A program made the translations under genes and the position numbers. Below are positions 8,718 through 19,900 of a stretch of DNA of 64,000 bases, piece after piece. Where the stretch lies: positions 1-64,000 of the forward strand of contig JBCCYL010000024.1 in assembly GCA_039189765.1 (NCBI GenBank), written 5' to 3'. This stretch comes from Cyanobacteria bacterium P01_F01_bin.150 (GTDB taxonomy: Bacteria; Cyanobacteriota; Cyanobacteriia; CAKZMO01). The notes beneath the pieces are model-generated. The model saw only the letters and a list, made by a program, of their open reading frames with translations. It was not told where the DNA came from and did not search any database. Position 1 is the stretch's first letter. Each line of letters starts with the position of its first letter.

Positions 8718-8973
8718 AGGGGGATGGGGAAAAAAGACAGCAGATCAACACACAGATAAGGACATGATCCGATAAAGCCCCTATCCTGAGATACAAGCAT
8801 CTTTTGTAGAGTACCGTACGAAAAGACAGGGATAGGTCAAGACGCCAAAGTTCTTAAAAACCTAATTCTGTAGGGGTTTTAGTAGTCCATATGCATTAAT
8901 GTTAAATAAGGACCCAGCTTGCTGTCCTCGTTCATTTTCAAAATCATGACGTGTCATCATTTGGGCGAGTTAT

Positions 8974-9756
8974 TTAACCTATCAAAGCCTTTGCATGATG
9001 TTGAATATGATCTCCCATAAAGGTGGAGATAAAGTAGTAGCCGTGGTCATAGCCAGGGTGTTGACGGAACGTAACAGGCTGACCGACAGCCTGACAAGCA
9101 GCTTCAAATTTTTCAGGCTGGAGTTGATTCTCGGTAAAAAATTTATCGGCCATTCCCTGATCAACTAGAATGGACGAAAACACAGGCTCTGAATCATCAT
9201 GGCTAGTTCTCGACTCGCTAACAAGAGCCGTGGCATCATAGGCCGACCACTTTGATTGATCTGAGCCTAGGTAGGCAGTAAAGGCTTTTTGACCCCAAAA
9301 ACATTGGGTAGGAGCAGCAATTGGAGCAAAGGCCGACACAGAACGATACTGATTGGGATTTTTCAACGCACAAATTAACGCTCCATGTCCGCCCATCGAA
9401 TGGCCAAATATGCTTTGGCGATCGCCCTTCACCGCAAAATTAGCCGCCACCACCTGGGGCAGTTCGTTTACCACGTAGCTGTACATGCGATAGTGCGATC
9501 GCCACGGATCTTCCGTTGCGTCTACATAAAAACCGGCTCCAGAGCCTAAATCCCAGGTAGTGTCTTCCTCTGCAATTCCTGTGTTACGGGGGCTTGTATC
9601 CGGAGCCACCAACATTAGCCCGTGCTCTGCCGCATAGCGTTGTGCACCAGCCTTTATCATAAAGTTTTCTTCCGTACACGTTAGACCTGACAGGAAATAA
9701 AGTACAGGGACTGCACCCAGCTTCGCCTGCGGCGGTTGATACACCGAAAACCTCAT
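8974..9756 (-). CDS. frmB: S-formylglutathione hydrolase (esterase D family); ORF extends to 9849 but conserved start is MRFSVYQPP
   Basis: Full-length match to FGH family: ..[38 protein letters not shown]...W..YDA..L; GHSMGG nucleophile motif. Confidence 0.85.
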   Translation of the reverse strand: MRFSVYQPPQAKLGAVPVLYFLSGLTCTEENFMIKAGAQRYAAEHGLMLVAPDTSPRNTGIAEEDTTWDLGSGAGFYVDATEDPWRSHYRMYSYVVNELPQVVAANFAVKGDRQSIFGHSMGGHGALICALKNPNQYRSVSAFAPIAAPTQCFWGQKAFTAYLGSDQSKWSAYDATALVSESRTSHDDSEPVFSSILVDQGMADKFFTENQLQPEKFEAACQAVGQPVTFRQHPGYDHGYYFISTFMGDHIQHHAKALIG

Positions 9757-9936
9757 AGTGCTGTTGCACTCTGTAGACAAATGACTATAAAACCCCTGAA
9801 TTCCCCCAAAGCAGAAGGAATGACTGAGAGCAGAAAGCGTTGTAGGCATGGACAGCGGTTAAGATCAACATCTGAGTACCCATCATTTTATGGGATTATG
9901 CCCCAGTTTCTCGGAGAAGAAAATTTATTGCAACCG

Positions 9937-10338
9937 CTAGCCCATAAGAATGACTTTATCGAGCACATGAATAATGCCATTATCCGCTTCAAGGTCCGCA
10001 GCGACAACTGAAGCATTTTTTACCTCAAATCCACTGGATGAGCGAATAGGAATCACAGTCCCCTCTACAGAGGTAACCGTGCCCATGTCTTCTAACTCTT
10101 TTTGGGTAAACTTACCAGACACAACATGATAGGTAAGAATGCGAGCGAGCTGAGGAATATTCTGCACAAGCGTTTGAATAGTTCCGGGTGGAAGTTTAGC
10201 AAACGCTTCATCTGTGGGTGCAAAAACGGTAAACGGACCTGGAGACTTTAGAGTATCGACTAAATCAGCCGCTTTTACGGCAGTTACCAGGGTTTCAAAA
10301 TTACCTGCACCAACGGCAATATCAACAATATCGGGCAT
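9937..10338 (-). CDS. cupS: Fasciclin (FAS1) domain protein; by position directly downstream of cupA, candidate CupS subunit of NDH-1MS
   Basis: FAS1 motifs ..[16 protein letters not shown]...L..N...L..IL.YHVV.G.....E.......T..G..I...S.G..V.NA.VV..D.EA.NG.IHV.D.V; operon position after ndhF3-ndhD3-cupA. Confidence 0.6.
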   Translation of the reverse strand: MPDIVDIAVGAGNFETLVTAVKAADLVDTLKSPGPFTVFAPTDEAFAKLPPGTIQTLVQNIPQLARILTYHVVSGKFTQKELEDMGTVTSVEGTVIPIRSSSGFEVKNASVVAADLEADNGIIHVLDKVILMG

Positions 10339-10344
10339 GGGAAA

Positions 10345-10527
10345 AACGATTTTGGATTTTAGATTTTGATGGAGGAGTTGGGGAGTTAGGGCGTTTAAGG
10401 AGTTAGGGCGTTTAAGGAGTTAGGGCGTTTAAGGAGTTAGGGCGTTTAGGGAGTTTAAGGAGTTGGGAGTTGGATAGTCTGCCTTCTGCCTTCTGCCTTC
10501 TGCCTTCTGCCTTTTTTCCTTCTGCCT
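10345..10527. repeat. STRR-like tandem repeat array: (TTTTGGA/TTTTAGA)n, (GGAGTTAGGGCGTTTAA)4, (TGCCTTC)6; fills entire cupA-cupS intergenic space
   Basis: Direct reading; 17-mer repeated 4x, heptamer TGCCTTC 6x, ends at cupA stop codon and begins 7 nt after cupS ATG. Confidence 0.9.
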
Positions 10528-11835
10528 TTACCGATAGTCTTGGCTTTGAATATCCCTTAGCCGGGCTTCCGGACGTTTAAACCGATCGAGCTGAGTTTGA
10601 AAAAATTCGCGATTAGCCTGTAAGTGAGCTGGGTTTGGATCATCAAGGGGGTAAAGCAGGGCTTCTCGTAAGGCATGGATAACAGCAGAGGTGACGTTGT
10701 ACATGGAGCGCTGAAAGCTGACCCCCAGCTGAGTGATCATATCGTCTTCTCCTCGGCAATATTGCTTGTAATAGTCCACCAAGTAGGACGGCAGGAAGTG
10801 GAGCATATCTTGCATTAGCAATGTGGGTGGAATTCCTGCCGTCCCGACAGGAAAGAGATCGGCGTAAAGAATACCGTAGTGAAACTCTTCTTGATTGTTA
10901 GGAACCTGCTGGGCTTGAGCGTTATAGGATTTGGTGCCCCGGAAAGGGGATGTGCGGTAAAAAATGGCTTCAACATAGGGCAGCGCAGCTTCATAGAGCC
11001 ACATAAACCCTTTAGATTTTGGAATAATTTCGTAGCATTCGCCATCAATATAAGCGTGATGGTAAATAGGACGCCCGGACACAGCAAAGATGCCGTTCAC
11101 AAGAAAATCCATCGCTTCCGGAACAGTCTTTAAATTGCCCTCATCGTAAAGATCGGACATTTCGAAAAAGACGGCCGCCATCACCTCCCAGAACAAACCC
11201 AAGTTGGAATACTGAGATAGTTGCCGTACTTGTTCAATAAACATGTCAGGAAAAAGCTTATATAGTCCCAACATAACGGGATTGCTCTTGAAGTAGGCGC
11301 GAATGGCACGATCCGCGTTAGCCTTATATTCCTCAGTATCCAAGTAGGCATCAAACTTATTTACGGGAGCATACATGTGACGATGCCAAAGCATTGCCCT
11401 CATACAGGCCTCGGCAAATTCCATGTTGATGCGATCGTGATTCAAATGATGCAGCAGTCGAGGAAGGGTACGATTTGCACCTCCCTTCTTCATAAAGGCA
11501 AGCAGTTCAGGGTGCGCTTTTTCAGTGCCACGCCAAATTCTTAGGTCAGCATTGTCACCAGCATATTTGCTGGGGAGATCGAGATAGTCTTGGGAAATAA
11601 AGTACTTAAAAGCGGGAAGGGGATTGAGAAATACCTGTTCGGCAATGTAAAGCAAATCACGCCAGTAGAAATCCATTGGTACCGCATAGGCCTTATAGAT
11701 ACCAATAATTTGCATCAGGTTTTCAGGGGTATCCGGTAGCATGGACCCGCCTGCTTCCAGACGATGAATCACCTCAGCAAATTCATGATTTGCTGGGGGA
11801 AGGGCCGTAGAAGCAGGTGCGGTGGTAGTGGTCAT
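10528..11835 (-). CDS. cupA: CO2 hydration protein CupA/ChpY of the NDH-1MS high-affinity CO2 uptake complex
   Basis: ~435 aa, ChpX/ChpY family features, positioned immediately downstream of ndhD3 on the same strand as in canonical ndhF3-ndhD3-cupA-cupS operons. Confidence 0.8.
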   Translation of the reverse strand: MTTTTAPASTALPPANHEFAEVIHRLEAGGSMLPDTPENLMQIIGIYKAYAVPMDFYWRDLLYIAEQVFLNPLPAFKYFISQDYLDLPSKYAGDNADLRIWRGTEKAHPELLAFMKKGGANRTLPRLLHHLNHDRINMEFAEACMRAMLWHRHMYAPVNKFDAYLDTEEYKANADRAIRAYFKSNPVMLGLYKLFPDMFIEQVRQLSQYSNLGLFWEVMAAVFFEMSDLYDEGNLKTVPEAMDFLVNGIFAVSGRPIYHHAYIDGECYEIIPKSKGFMWLYEAALPYVEAIFYRTSPFRGTKSYNAQAQQVPNNQEEFHYGILYADLFPVGTAGIPPTLLMQDMLHFLPSYLVDYYKQYCRGEDDMITQLGVSFQRSMYNVTSAVIHALREALLYPLDDPNPAHLQANREFFQTQLDRFKRPEARLRDIQSQDYR

Positions 11836-11844
11836 AGTTCAGCA

Positions 11845-11895
11845 AGGGAGTTTGGGAGTTAGAGCGTTTGGGAGTTAAAGCGTTTGGGAGTTAGT
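11845..11895. repeat. STRR-like tandem repeats (GGGAGTTWGAGCGTTT)n in ndhD3-cupA spacer
   Basis: gggagtttgggagttagagcgtttgggagttaaagcgtttgggagttag. Confidence 0.85.
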
Positions 11896-11973
11896 TTGGC
11901 TAATAAACACGGCAGTGCTGTACTAAAGCTTAGCGTAGTGGTTGTTTATGAACAGTAAGGACCCTAATGTAGC

Positions 11974-13545
11974 CTAAAGGCTAGATATGGTAGTTGGCTC
12001 AGGAAAGGGAGATACCTGGGTGATATCGTAAATCAAATCCTTAATGGCAACGGTCTCAACAGAAGTCTCTGGAAATGCAGCCACCATCTCGGTTGCTGTC
12101 GCTTCACTCCACCGGACAAGCCAATTGGGTTGGATACCGAAGAAAAGAATAGAAAAAACTAGCATTAAGGCCGGAACTCGCTCCCGCCATTCCACTTTTG
12201 GGAAGTAGGCCACGGAATTATCTAAGCGCCCAAAACAGGTACGGTTCAGCAAAATGACAAAGTATACTGCGGTCAGTCCACTACCCACGACGCAGAAAAG
12301 AGTTTGGATGGGGAAAACGCTGTAGCTGCCTTGGAAAACAAGAAACTCAGCAATAAATCCGACTAATCCAGGGATGCCAGCACTGGCCATGCCGCTCAGG
12401 ACAAGGAGCGCACTGATAAGCGGTAAGCCACGCATCGGATTCATTAACCCATTCAGTACATCTAACTCACGGGTGCCAACTTTGGCTTCTACAACCCCAA
12501 CCAGATGAAACAGGATGGCCAATATAAGACCATGGGCAACCATTTGAGTGATGATGCCCACCATGCTTAGAGCTGTGAGCGATGATGCTCCAAGTAGGAT
12601 ATAGCCCATATGCCCGACAGAGCTATAGGCAACCATACGTTTGATGTCCTTTTGGGCGATCGCTACAACTGCACCATACAGAACGCTGATCGTTGCCCAC
12701 GTTGCTAGCCCTGGGGCAATCACTGTCCAAGCATCAGGAAAAAGAGCAAGGCCAAAGCGAATCAGACCGTATGCCCCAAGTTTTGCAAGGACCCCCCCCA
12801 ACAAAATGGCGACGGGAGCAGAGGCCGCAACGTAGGTATCTGGAAGCCAAGTATGGAGAGGAACCAGAGGCACCTTCATGCCAAAGCCCACCACGATAAT
12901 ACTTAGCAACAATATTTGAAAGCCAAGGGGAAGGACCTGACCAGCAAAAGCAGTGTAGGCGAAGTCAGAGGCTCCAGTAAACCAAATTAGGCCTAAAAAT
13001 CCCAGAACAATTAAGGCTCCTGACACTGCGGTGTAGAGCAAAAATTTTGTGGCTGCATAGTTCCGCTGTCCCCCACCCCAGATGGCAACAAGTAAGTAGA
13101 ACGGAATCAGCTCCACTTCGTAAAAAAGGAAGAATAGCAGCAAATTATGGGCCAAAAACGCCCCGGCAACCGCACCGCTAACCAGCAACATAAGGGCATA
13201 GAAAAGGCGAGGACGGTGGGTTCGTTCATCACTGCTATAAATCGCAATCCAGGTGAGAAAACTATTGAGGACAATCATTGGCAATGACAGCCCATCCACT
13301 GCTAAGTCATAATCCAACCCCAGAGCCGGAAGCCAAGGTAGCAGTTCCTGGAACTGAAAGGCAGGGTCTGTATAGTCAAACTGAGAGACCAGCCACAAAG
13401 ACCATAACAACACTGCTCCACTCAGGATTAGGGTTGTGATTTTTATGCGATTTGCTGGAATGGGCAAGAAACCAACGGCGATCGCCCCCACTACGGGAAA
13501 CCAAATTAATGTACTCAACACGGGCCAGATGATACCTCCAAACAT
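11974..13545 (-). CDS. ndhD3: NAD(P)H-quinone oxidoreductase subunit D (NuoM-like), CO2-uptake specific paralog
   Basis: Polytopic membrane protein with NuoM/NdhD motifs (..GLSLPMIVLNSFLTWIAIYSS.., ..TWLPDTYV.A.APV..LLGGVLAKLGAYGLIRF..); between ndhF3 and cupA. Confidence 0.8.
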   Translation of the reverse strand: MFGGIIWPVLSTLIWFPVVGAIAVGFLPIPANRIKITTLILSGAVLLWSLWLVSQFDYTDPAFQFQELLPWLPALGLDYDLAVDGLSLPMIVLNSFLTWIAIYSSDERTHRPRLFYALMLLVSGAVAGAFLAHNLLLFFLFYEVELIPFYLLVAIWGGGQRNYAATKFLLYTAVSGALIVLGFLGLIWFTGASDFAYTAFAGQVLPLGFQILLLSIIVVGFGMKVPLVPLHTWLPDTYVAASAPVAILLGGVLAKLGAYGLIRFGLALFPDAWTVIAPGLATWATISVLYGAVVAIAQKDIKRMVAYSSVGHMGYILLGASSLTALSMVGIITQMVAHGLILAILFHLVGVVEAKVGTRELDVLNGLMNPMRGLPLISALLVLSGMASAGIPGLVGFIAEFLVFQGSYSVFPIQTLFCVVGSGLTAVYFVILLNRTCFGRLDNSVAYFPKVEWRERVPALMLVFSILFFGIQPNWLVRWSEATATEMVAAFPETSVETVAIKDLIYDITQVSPFPEPTTISSL

Positions 13546-13689
13546 TAAAGCCTTTCTTACTAAGGGAGAGTTGACTCCAACCTCTTACCTTGACAGACAG
13601 AACTAGTGCTTTTTCAAGTTTTAATTTTGAGGTAAATCCCAGGGGATTTACCCCAATTCTTAAGGTTGAAAGAACACTAGAGAGATGAA

Positions 13690-15543
13690 TTAAAAAGCAG
13701 TGGACGACATAAACGATGTCCACCCCACCCAAATAGCAATCAAAACGCTAGCAATAGCAATGGTTAACAAGTAAGACTGGCCCTTCCCAGTATTGCTATA
13801 TCGCAAAGACTCTCCCGTTAATAGGGAAACAAATCCCACCAGGTTCACCACACCATCAATAATGAATCGGTCAAACCAATCCGTTAATCGGGATAGAGAC
13901 GCTACGCCCAAAACAATCGTGGATCGATATAGCTGAGGCGTATACATATCGTTGGCCAACATTTTCTGAAATCCAGGTAGGGGTAAACGTACAGGTCTAG
14001 CCACGACCTGACCAATGTAAATCACTCCACCAACAAAGCAGCCAACTGTACTGGACCATAGCAGCAGCAAGGCTACATCTTTATTTAGAGTGGCCCAACT
14101 AGGTAACAAACTTAGGTTTTGAAGAATAATCGGTAAATGGAGTGTCAAGCCCATTAAAGCCATCATTGGCAGAGTCACTAACCATGCACTTTCGGGCGAT
14201 CGCTCTGTCATCTGGGCGGGTTTACCGGCAAAGATTAGTCCAAACTCCCGCACCATACTTACGGCTGTTAGGAAGTTAACCAGTAGCAATACGGGAACAA
14301 GCCACGGATGAGACACCCACAGTCCGCTAGCCAACTTATTCAACGCCCAGAATCCGCCCAAAGGAGGCAGACCAATCAAGCCTGCGACGCCAACTATAAA
14401 ACAGATGCCAGAAATCGGGCGGCGGCTCCATAATCCTCCCATCAAGGTTAAATTCTGAGTAATGGAGTTGAGAATAATGGATCCACTGCTCATGGTTAGC
14501 AACCCTTGTGCTAAAGCATGACTGAGGATTAGAAGTAAAGCTGCCTTCGTGTGATGAGTAGCAACGGCTATAAAAACAAGCCCCATATAAGCGCTGACCG
14601 TGTAGGAAAGCGATCGCTTAATATCAATTTGAGCAATGGAAATAAGAGTTCCACCAATGGCGGTAATCGTACCGATAACAATCATTGTGGTCAGAGCCAC
14701 CGGAGATAAAGCCAAGACTGGCTCTAACTTGATAAGCACCCAAGCGCCTGTGGCAACCACAACGGAGTTTCGCAAAATAGTACTAGGCGCAGGCCCTTCC
14801 ATCGCCTCATCCAACCAAAGGTGCAGGGGGAACTGAGCACATTTCCCCATTGGACCAGCAATCAAGGCTAATCCTAGTAAAGCCGCTGTTCTTGGCTCCA
14901 AATCTGCGGTTTGCGCCCACTGCCCCAATTCACTAAAGTTCCAGGTCCCGGCAAGGGGATATAGGGCCAATACTCCCATCAGCAGAAATAGGTCGCCCAC
15001 CCTTTTAGTGAGAAACGCATCCCTCGCTCCTGTGACCACCAGCGACTGATTCAGCCAGAAGCCAACGAGAAGATAGGTCCCCAAGGTAAGAATTTCCAGG
15101 AGGATGTAGCTGAAAAACAGAGAGTTGCACAACGCAAGAGCACACATACCGCCCTCAAACATCGCTAGAAATGCAAAGAATCGCGCCCAACCCCAGTCCA
15201 TCTCCAAGTATCCAATGGCATAAATCTGAGCCAACACATTTAGTCCTGCAACTAAAATAGAAGCGCTGATAGTGATGGCTGAAACCTCGATAGGTAGGGT
15301 AAGTTTGAGCCCTGCCACATCAAGCCAGACCGCACTAATGTAGATGGGTTCACTCTGCCAAACAGCAGGAAATGCGATTAAACAGTGCAACAAGGTTGTT
15401 GCAGTGGTAAACAGATTTACATATCCCGCAGGACGAGGACCAGTGTGCTGGATCATTCCAGGTGACCACAACAGCGTCAAGACCATCCCCAGCAATGGAT
15501 AGCAGGGGATGAGCCAAGCGGTTTCTGCAAAATACTGTGTCAT
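13690..15543 (-). CDS. ndhF3: NAD(P)H-quinone oxidoreductase subunit F (NuoL-like), CO2-uptake specific paralog
   Basis: 617 aa NuoL/NdhF family membrane protein (..WLDEAMEGPAPSTILRNSVVVATGAWVLIKLEPV..); first gene of operon with ndhD3-cupA-cupS. Confidence 0.8.
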   Translation of the reverse strand: MTQYFAETAWLIPCYPLLGMVLTLLWSPGMIQHTGPRPAGYVNLFTTATTLLHCLIAFPAVWQSEPIYISAVWLDVAGLKLTLPIEVSAITISASILVAGLNVLAQIYAIGYLEMDWGWARFFAFLAMFEGGMCALALCNSLFFSYILLEILTLGTYLLVGFWLNQSLVVTGARDAFLTKRVGDLFLLMGVLALYPLAGTWNFSELGQWAQTADLEPRTAALLGLALIAGPMGKCAQFPLHLWLDEAMEGPAPSTILRNSVVVATGAWVLIKLEPVLALSPVALTTMIVIGTITAIGGTLISIAQIDIKRSLSYTVSAYMGLVFIAVATHHTKAALLLILSHALAQGLLTMSSGSIILNSITQNLTLMGGLWSRRPISGICFIVGVAGLIGLPPLGGFWALNKLASGLWVSHPWLVPVLLLVNFLTAVSMVREFGLIFAGKPAQMTERSPESAWLVTLPMMALMGLTLHLPIILQNLSLLPSWATLNKDVALLLLWSSTVGCFVGGVIYIGQVVARPVRLPLPGFQKMLANDMYTPQLYRSTIVLGVASLSRLTDWFDRFIIDGVVNLVGFVSLLTGESLRYSNTGKGQSYLLTIAIASVLIAIWVGWTSFMSSTAF

Positions 15544-15756
15544 AGCAGAGGGATGTCCTCAACAGCAATGTAACAATTGAACAAGGGATAATTAAATATC
15601 TAGGAAGCCTTACACATGTTCTCCGGCAGCTCACGCTGAAACCCTGAGATGAGGGTGCCCAGAACCAGCCCAAGAACCTGTTGAAAAGCCGCTCGAATCC
15701 AGACCCTAAAGCAGGATGGTGGACTACAATTTTCAGTCAAGTACCACGAGCTATCC

Positions 15757-15772
15757 ATAGATTAATTTCTAT
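15757..15772. promoter_or_regulatory. Candidate LysR-type NdhR/CcmR operator ATAG-N8-CTAT upstream of ndhF3, within AT-rich divergent promoter region (15544-15912)
   Basis: atagattaatttctat at ~215 nt upstream of ndhF3 start; matches T-N11-A LysR logic and the ATAG-N8-CTAT motif reported for NdhR targets; overlaps a second palindrome ctatccatag. Confidence 0.35.
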
Positions 15773-15912
15773 GATTATGACGTTTCTATTTATTTTAATT
15801 TATGTTTTTATATTAACCATATTCTTTGAGAAATGTAAACATCCATCTTATTAGCACCCAAGTTTCTTACTTTTCTTCTGTTTAATAGTTTTATCACTAC
15901 AAGATATTTGCT

Positions 15913-16914
15913 ATGAAACCGCACCTTTGGCCTGTTGCCTCTGCTTTTACAGCATCCAAACATCGTAACTCTTCAATCGATTCTGAACTGGGTTCATCTT
16001 CACAAGTCGTTCAAGCAGATACTGCTATAGATAAAACTAAATCTTTGTTGAAAGATGGCGATAGGTTTTGGACGCCTGTTAGGCAGATGGGGCTATTGGC
16101 ATGGCTTCTGGGCAGTGCGGTGGCGTTCCCTTTGCTTGCTTCAGTTGTTCAGTCCTATACACTGCCTGTTCGAGTGGATAGATGGTTGGAAGTTCGTTCC
16201 ATTGATGGCGTGGTCAATTTCCATCGGAATAATCAAGTCCAGGCAGCAAATTATGATACGCGGTTGGAGCAGGTGGGCGATCGCATCACCACCGACAACG
16301 ATTCCAGTGCAACTTTGGCGGTGGATACAGGCATTGGGTTTGTCTCGTTAGCAGAAAATACTGATTTGCACGTTCAGGAATTTAGCATTACGGATAGTGG
16401 GGGCCGAGTGACTCGCTTGAATATTGTTACAGGGCAAGCGCGTTTACAGGTTCGACCGTTTCTTAATCCGGAGTCTGAATTAGAGATTCGGACGCCGGCT
16501 GGGGTCAGTGGTGTGCGTGGCACCCAATTTGGTGTTGGAGTAGCGCCGAATGGGCAAACGGGAATTGCCACCACAGAAGGACAGGTGTATGCATTTGCTC
16601 AGGGCGTCACAGTATCTATTAATCCGGGATTTCAAAGTCTAATTGTTCCGGGGCAACCACCCACGCCACCAATGCCGATTACGGACAATGTGGAGATTGA
16701 CATCACCCGTTTTCATCCCATTGATAGAAACCTGGTTCGAGTTGCGGGACGGATTGATCCATTTAGCTTACTGACTGTTAACGACGAGATTCAGGATGTT
16801 AATTCTGAAGGGTGGTTTAACATTCTTGTTCCCCGTCCTGGTAATGATCTCATTCCAGTGACTGTATCTACTCTCTCGGGCAAATCAAAAGACTATGAAC
16901 TGGCAGTTCCGTAA
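15913..16914 (+). CDS. FecR domain-containing protein (periplasmic sensor partner of CHASE2 kinases)
   Basis: FecR-domain beta-rich region (..[48 protein letters not shown]..), N-terminal TM segment; overlaps and precedes CHASE2 kinase as in conserved FecR-CHASE2 pairs. Confidence 0.7.
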   Translation: MKPHLWPVASAFTASKHRNSSIDSELGSSSQVVQADTAIDKTKSLLKDGDRFWTPVRQMGLLAWLLGSAVAFPLLASVVQSYTLPVRVDRWLEVRSIDGVVNFHRNNQVQAANYDTRLEQVGDRITTDNDSSATLAVDTGIGFVSLAENTDLHVQEFSITDSGGRVTRLNIVTGQARLQVRPFLNPESELEIRTPAGVSGVRGTQFGVGVAPNGQTGIATTEGQVYAFAQGVTVSINPGFQSLIVPGQPPTPPMPITDNVEIDITRFHPIDRNLVRVAGRIDPFSLLTVNDEIQDVNSEGWFNILVPRPGNDLIPVTVSTLSGKSKDYELAVP

Positions 16915-19900
16915 ACCGTTTTCTGGACTTGGGCGACTGTGCCCTTGGGATAATATGTTGTCTCGACTCAGGACGTTGCTACCGGGGATAGCGACGTCCA
17001 CTGCTGTAATAGGCCTGACCTACCTAGGAACATGGACTCCTTTAGAGCAATTAGCCTATCGATTGCTATTTAATGCCCGGGGGGAACGGCCTTGGGATGA
17101 GAGAGTTATTGTCATTGCCATTGATGAAAAAACCCTAACGGCACTAGATGAATATCCCCTGTCTCGAACCCATCACATTGAGCTACTTAATATTCTTCAA
17201 CCCATTGACTCAATGGTTATTGGGTTTGATATCTTTATGCAAGAAGCCAACACTGACAATAAGAAGTTGGCAGAAAAAATCAATAAATATGGTGGTCGAG
17301 TCGTTATGCCCTGGGCAAGAAGTGATAGCGACGCTTTTCCCCTATTAACCCATCCCACACTCCTTGAAAGTAATTTAAATATTTCCCATGTGGTGTCTTC
17401 TCCAGATGAGGATGGATTTGGTCGCCAGGTAGACCTATTTCATCCACTTTGGATTCCTGACACCATAACTGAATCCCCCTGCTGTTTTTTGTACGATGCA
17501 TTAATCCCCATTGAACCCGAAAAAATGATTGGCGGAGGATTGCAATTGGAAACGCAAGTTTCAACTGCCACGATGGCAGATTCAGAGACAGCGATCGCTC
17601 CAGACGCAGTCCCCAATACGTTGCTGACGTCACCCAATCAGCCAGCTTCAGAACCAACCGCAGATTTCTCAAGACGTGACGGTCGCCTTGCCGTTGGGGT
17701 CCCGATTCTAGGTCTGCGTCTTCTCCAACTTCGCAATCTTGTGAGTGCCGATCCAATTGTTGAATTACCGGTTCCAAACCTCAGCGATTCCACTCCCGAA
17801 GACCTCCCCATCCCTTATACATTTCCAGCTCCCAACACCTACTGGTTAGACTGGCCTGGTCCTGTCGAAACATTTATCGCCCAAGGTCAGCAGCACTCAT
17901 ATATAGATGTTCTAAATGGCAACGTTCCATTGGAAACCTTTGAAAACAAGATCGTCTTGGTCGGATATACAGCAGCAGGAATAGACTATATTCGTACCCC
18001 ATTCAACAGCTCTAGGGTGCGCAATGAGGGGAAATCTGTTAACGGGGTCCACCTCCAGGCTGTACTCGTCGATAATCTATTACACAAACGCTCCCTCAAA
18101 CCCCTACTGAGCCATAATCCTTTTTTCTCGATTATCCAAGCAGACACCGCATTAGGCCCTCAAAATGGTCAACTGGTTATCGTTCTATTAGTCCTTGGTC
18201 CAGGGGTTGCATTATTGGTCTCCAAACGGCCATTACCATGGCAAGCAATGATATCGGGAGGGGGAATTTTGGGGTGGATGGCGATCGCTCTTGTCCTTTT
18301 CCATACTGGCTACTGGCTCCCCACCGTAGCTCCCATTGTCACCATTGGCTTGACCATTGGCATCATCGCCGTTTATGAATATATTGCGTCAAAGGCTCAA
18401 ATTAAGGCCCACAGCCAGTTTATGGCCACCATGAGTCATGAAATTCGGACACCGATGAATGCCATCATTGGCATGTCTGGTTTGCTGATGGATACATCCC
18501 TTTCCTCAGAGCAAGAGGAGTTTGCCCAGATTATTCGGACCAGTAGTGACACGCTACTGTCGTTAATTAACGATATTCTTGATTTCTCTAAAATAGATGC
18601 TGGACGCCTAGAGCTAGAGCATAATGCCTTTAGTATTCGACGATGTGTGGAAAATGCGCTAGAACTGGTGGGGCCTCGGGCAAGCGAGAAACAGCTTGAG
18701 CTTGTTTATGAACTGGCTACAGATGTGCCAGAAGTTGTCGTAGGAGATACCATTCGCCTCCAGCAAATCTTAGTAAACTTAGTCACAAATGCGGTTAAGT
18801 TTACGAATAGGGGAGAAGTTGTTGTATTTGTCAAAATGGCCTCGATGCCGTTGGGAGTGCCGTTGGGAGAGAGTCATCCTTCTACGTCCACCTCGAATAG
18901 TTCGGTCTTGCAATTCTCAGTTAAAGATACGGGTATCGGCATTCCCGCTGATCGCACCGAGCGATTATTCAAACCCTTTAGCCAAATTGATGCCTCAGTG
19001 ACGCGTAAGTACGGTGGCACTGGGTTGGGTCTCACCATCAGTCATCGCCTCAGTCAACTCATGGGTGGACAAATGTGGGTGATTAGTCGAGATAAGCAAG
19101 GACGTAAAAGTCAAGCAGGCAATATCCCACCAAACTTTGTTCATCCGTCCATACCTAACCAAGGTTCTATTTTCTATTTCACCATTCCTGCCCCCCTGCC
19201 TGCCTCGCAAGAAACCGCGACCGATTTGTTGATAAATATGGGCGATCGCGACCAGCTACTCGGGCGACGAGTATTAGTAGTGGATGATAATGCAACCAAT
19301 CGGCGTATCCTTGCCTTACAGACCCAAGCTTGGGGCATGGAACCCGTCACTGTTGCCTCAGGCCAGGAGGCCCTGGCTATATTGAAACAAGGAGAACGGT
19401 TTGATATCGGGCTATTGGATATGCAAATGCCCGAGATGGATGGGGCGACATTAGCAGCAGAAATTCGCCAACAGTATTTTAAATTGGACTCTCAAACATC
19501 TCCTACCCCCCTAGTTTTGCTATCTTCTGTTCACCATCAAGACATTGGTTTGCGAGCTGTCGATCGCTATTTTGATGCCGTTGTCTATAAACCGATTAAA
19601 CAGGGACAACTCTACGAAATATTACGTTCGTTTGTGGCAAAGGATCGTCAACAGTTACAGCATCCACTAGAGCATCCACAAGCACCTTCGTTGACTGCTA
19701 GCCAACTTTTTGCTGAATCTTATCCCCTTCGTATTCTGCTGGCCGATGACAATCGGGTGAATCAAAAGGTCGCCATACGGCTATTGGAAAAATTAGGATA
19801 TCGAACCGATGTAGCTGCGAATGGATTAGAGGTCATTGCGGCGTTAGAACGCCAAACCTATGATGTGGTGTTGATGGATCTACAAATGCCTGAAATGGAT

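Noticed and set aside
12641-15673. Short ORFs antisense to, or overlapping, ndhD3/ndhF3 (12641..12835, 12693..12899, 13376..13732, 14636..14836, 15350..15673)
   Set aside because: Contained within or overlapping strongly supported membrane-protein genes; no independent evidence
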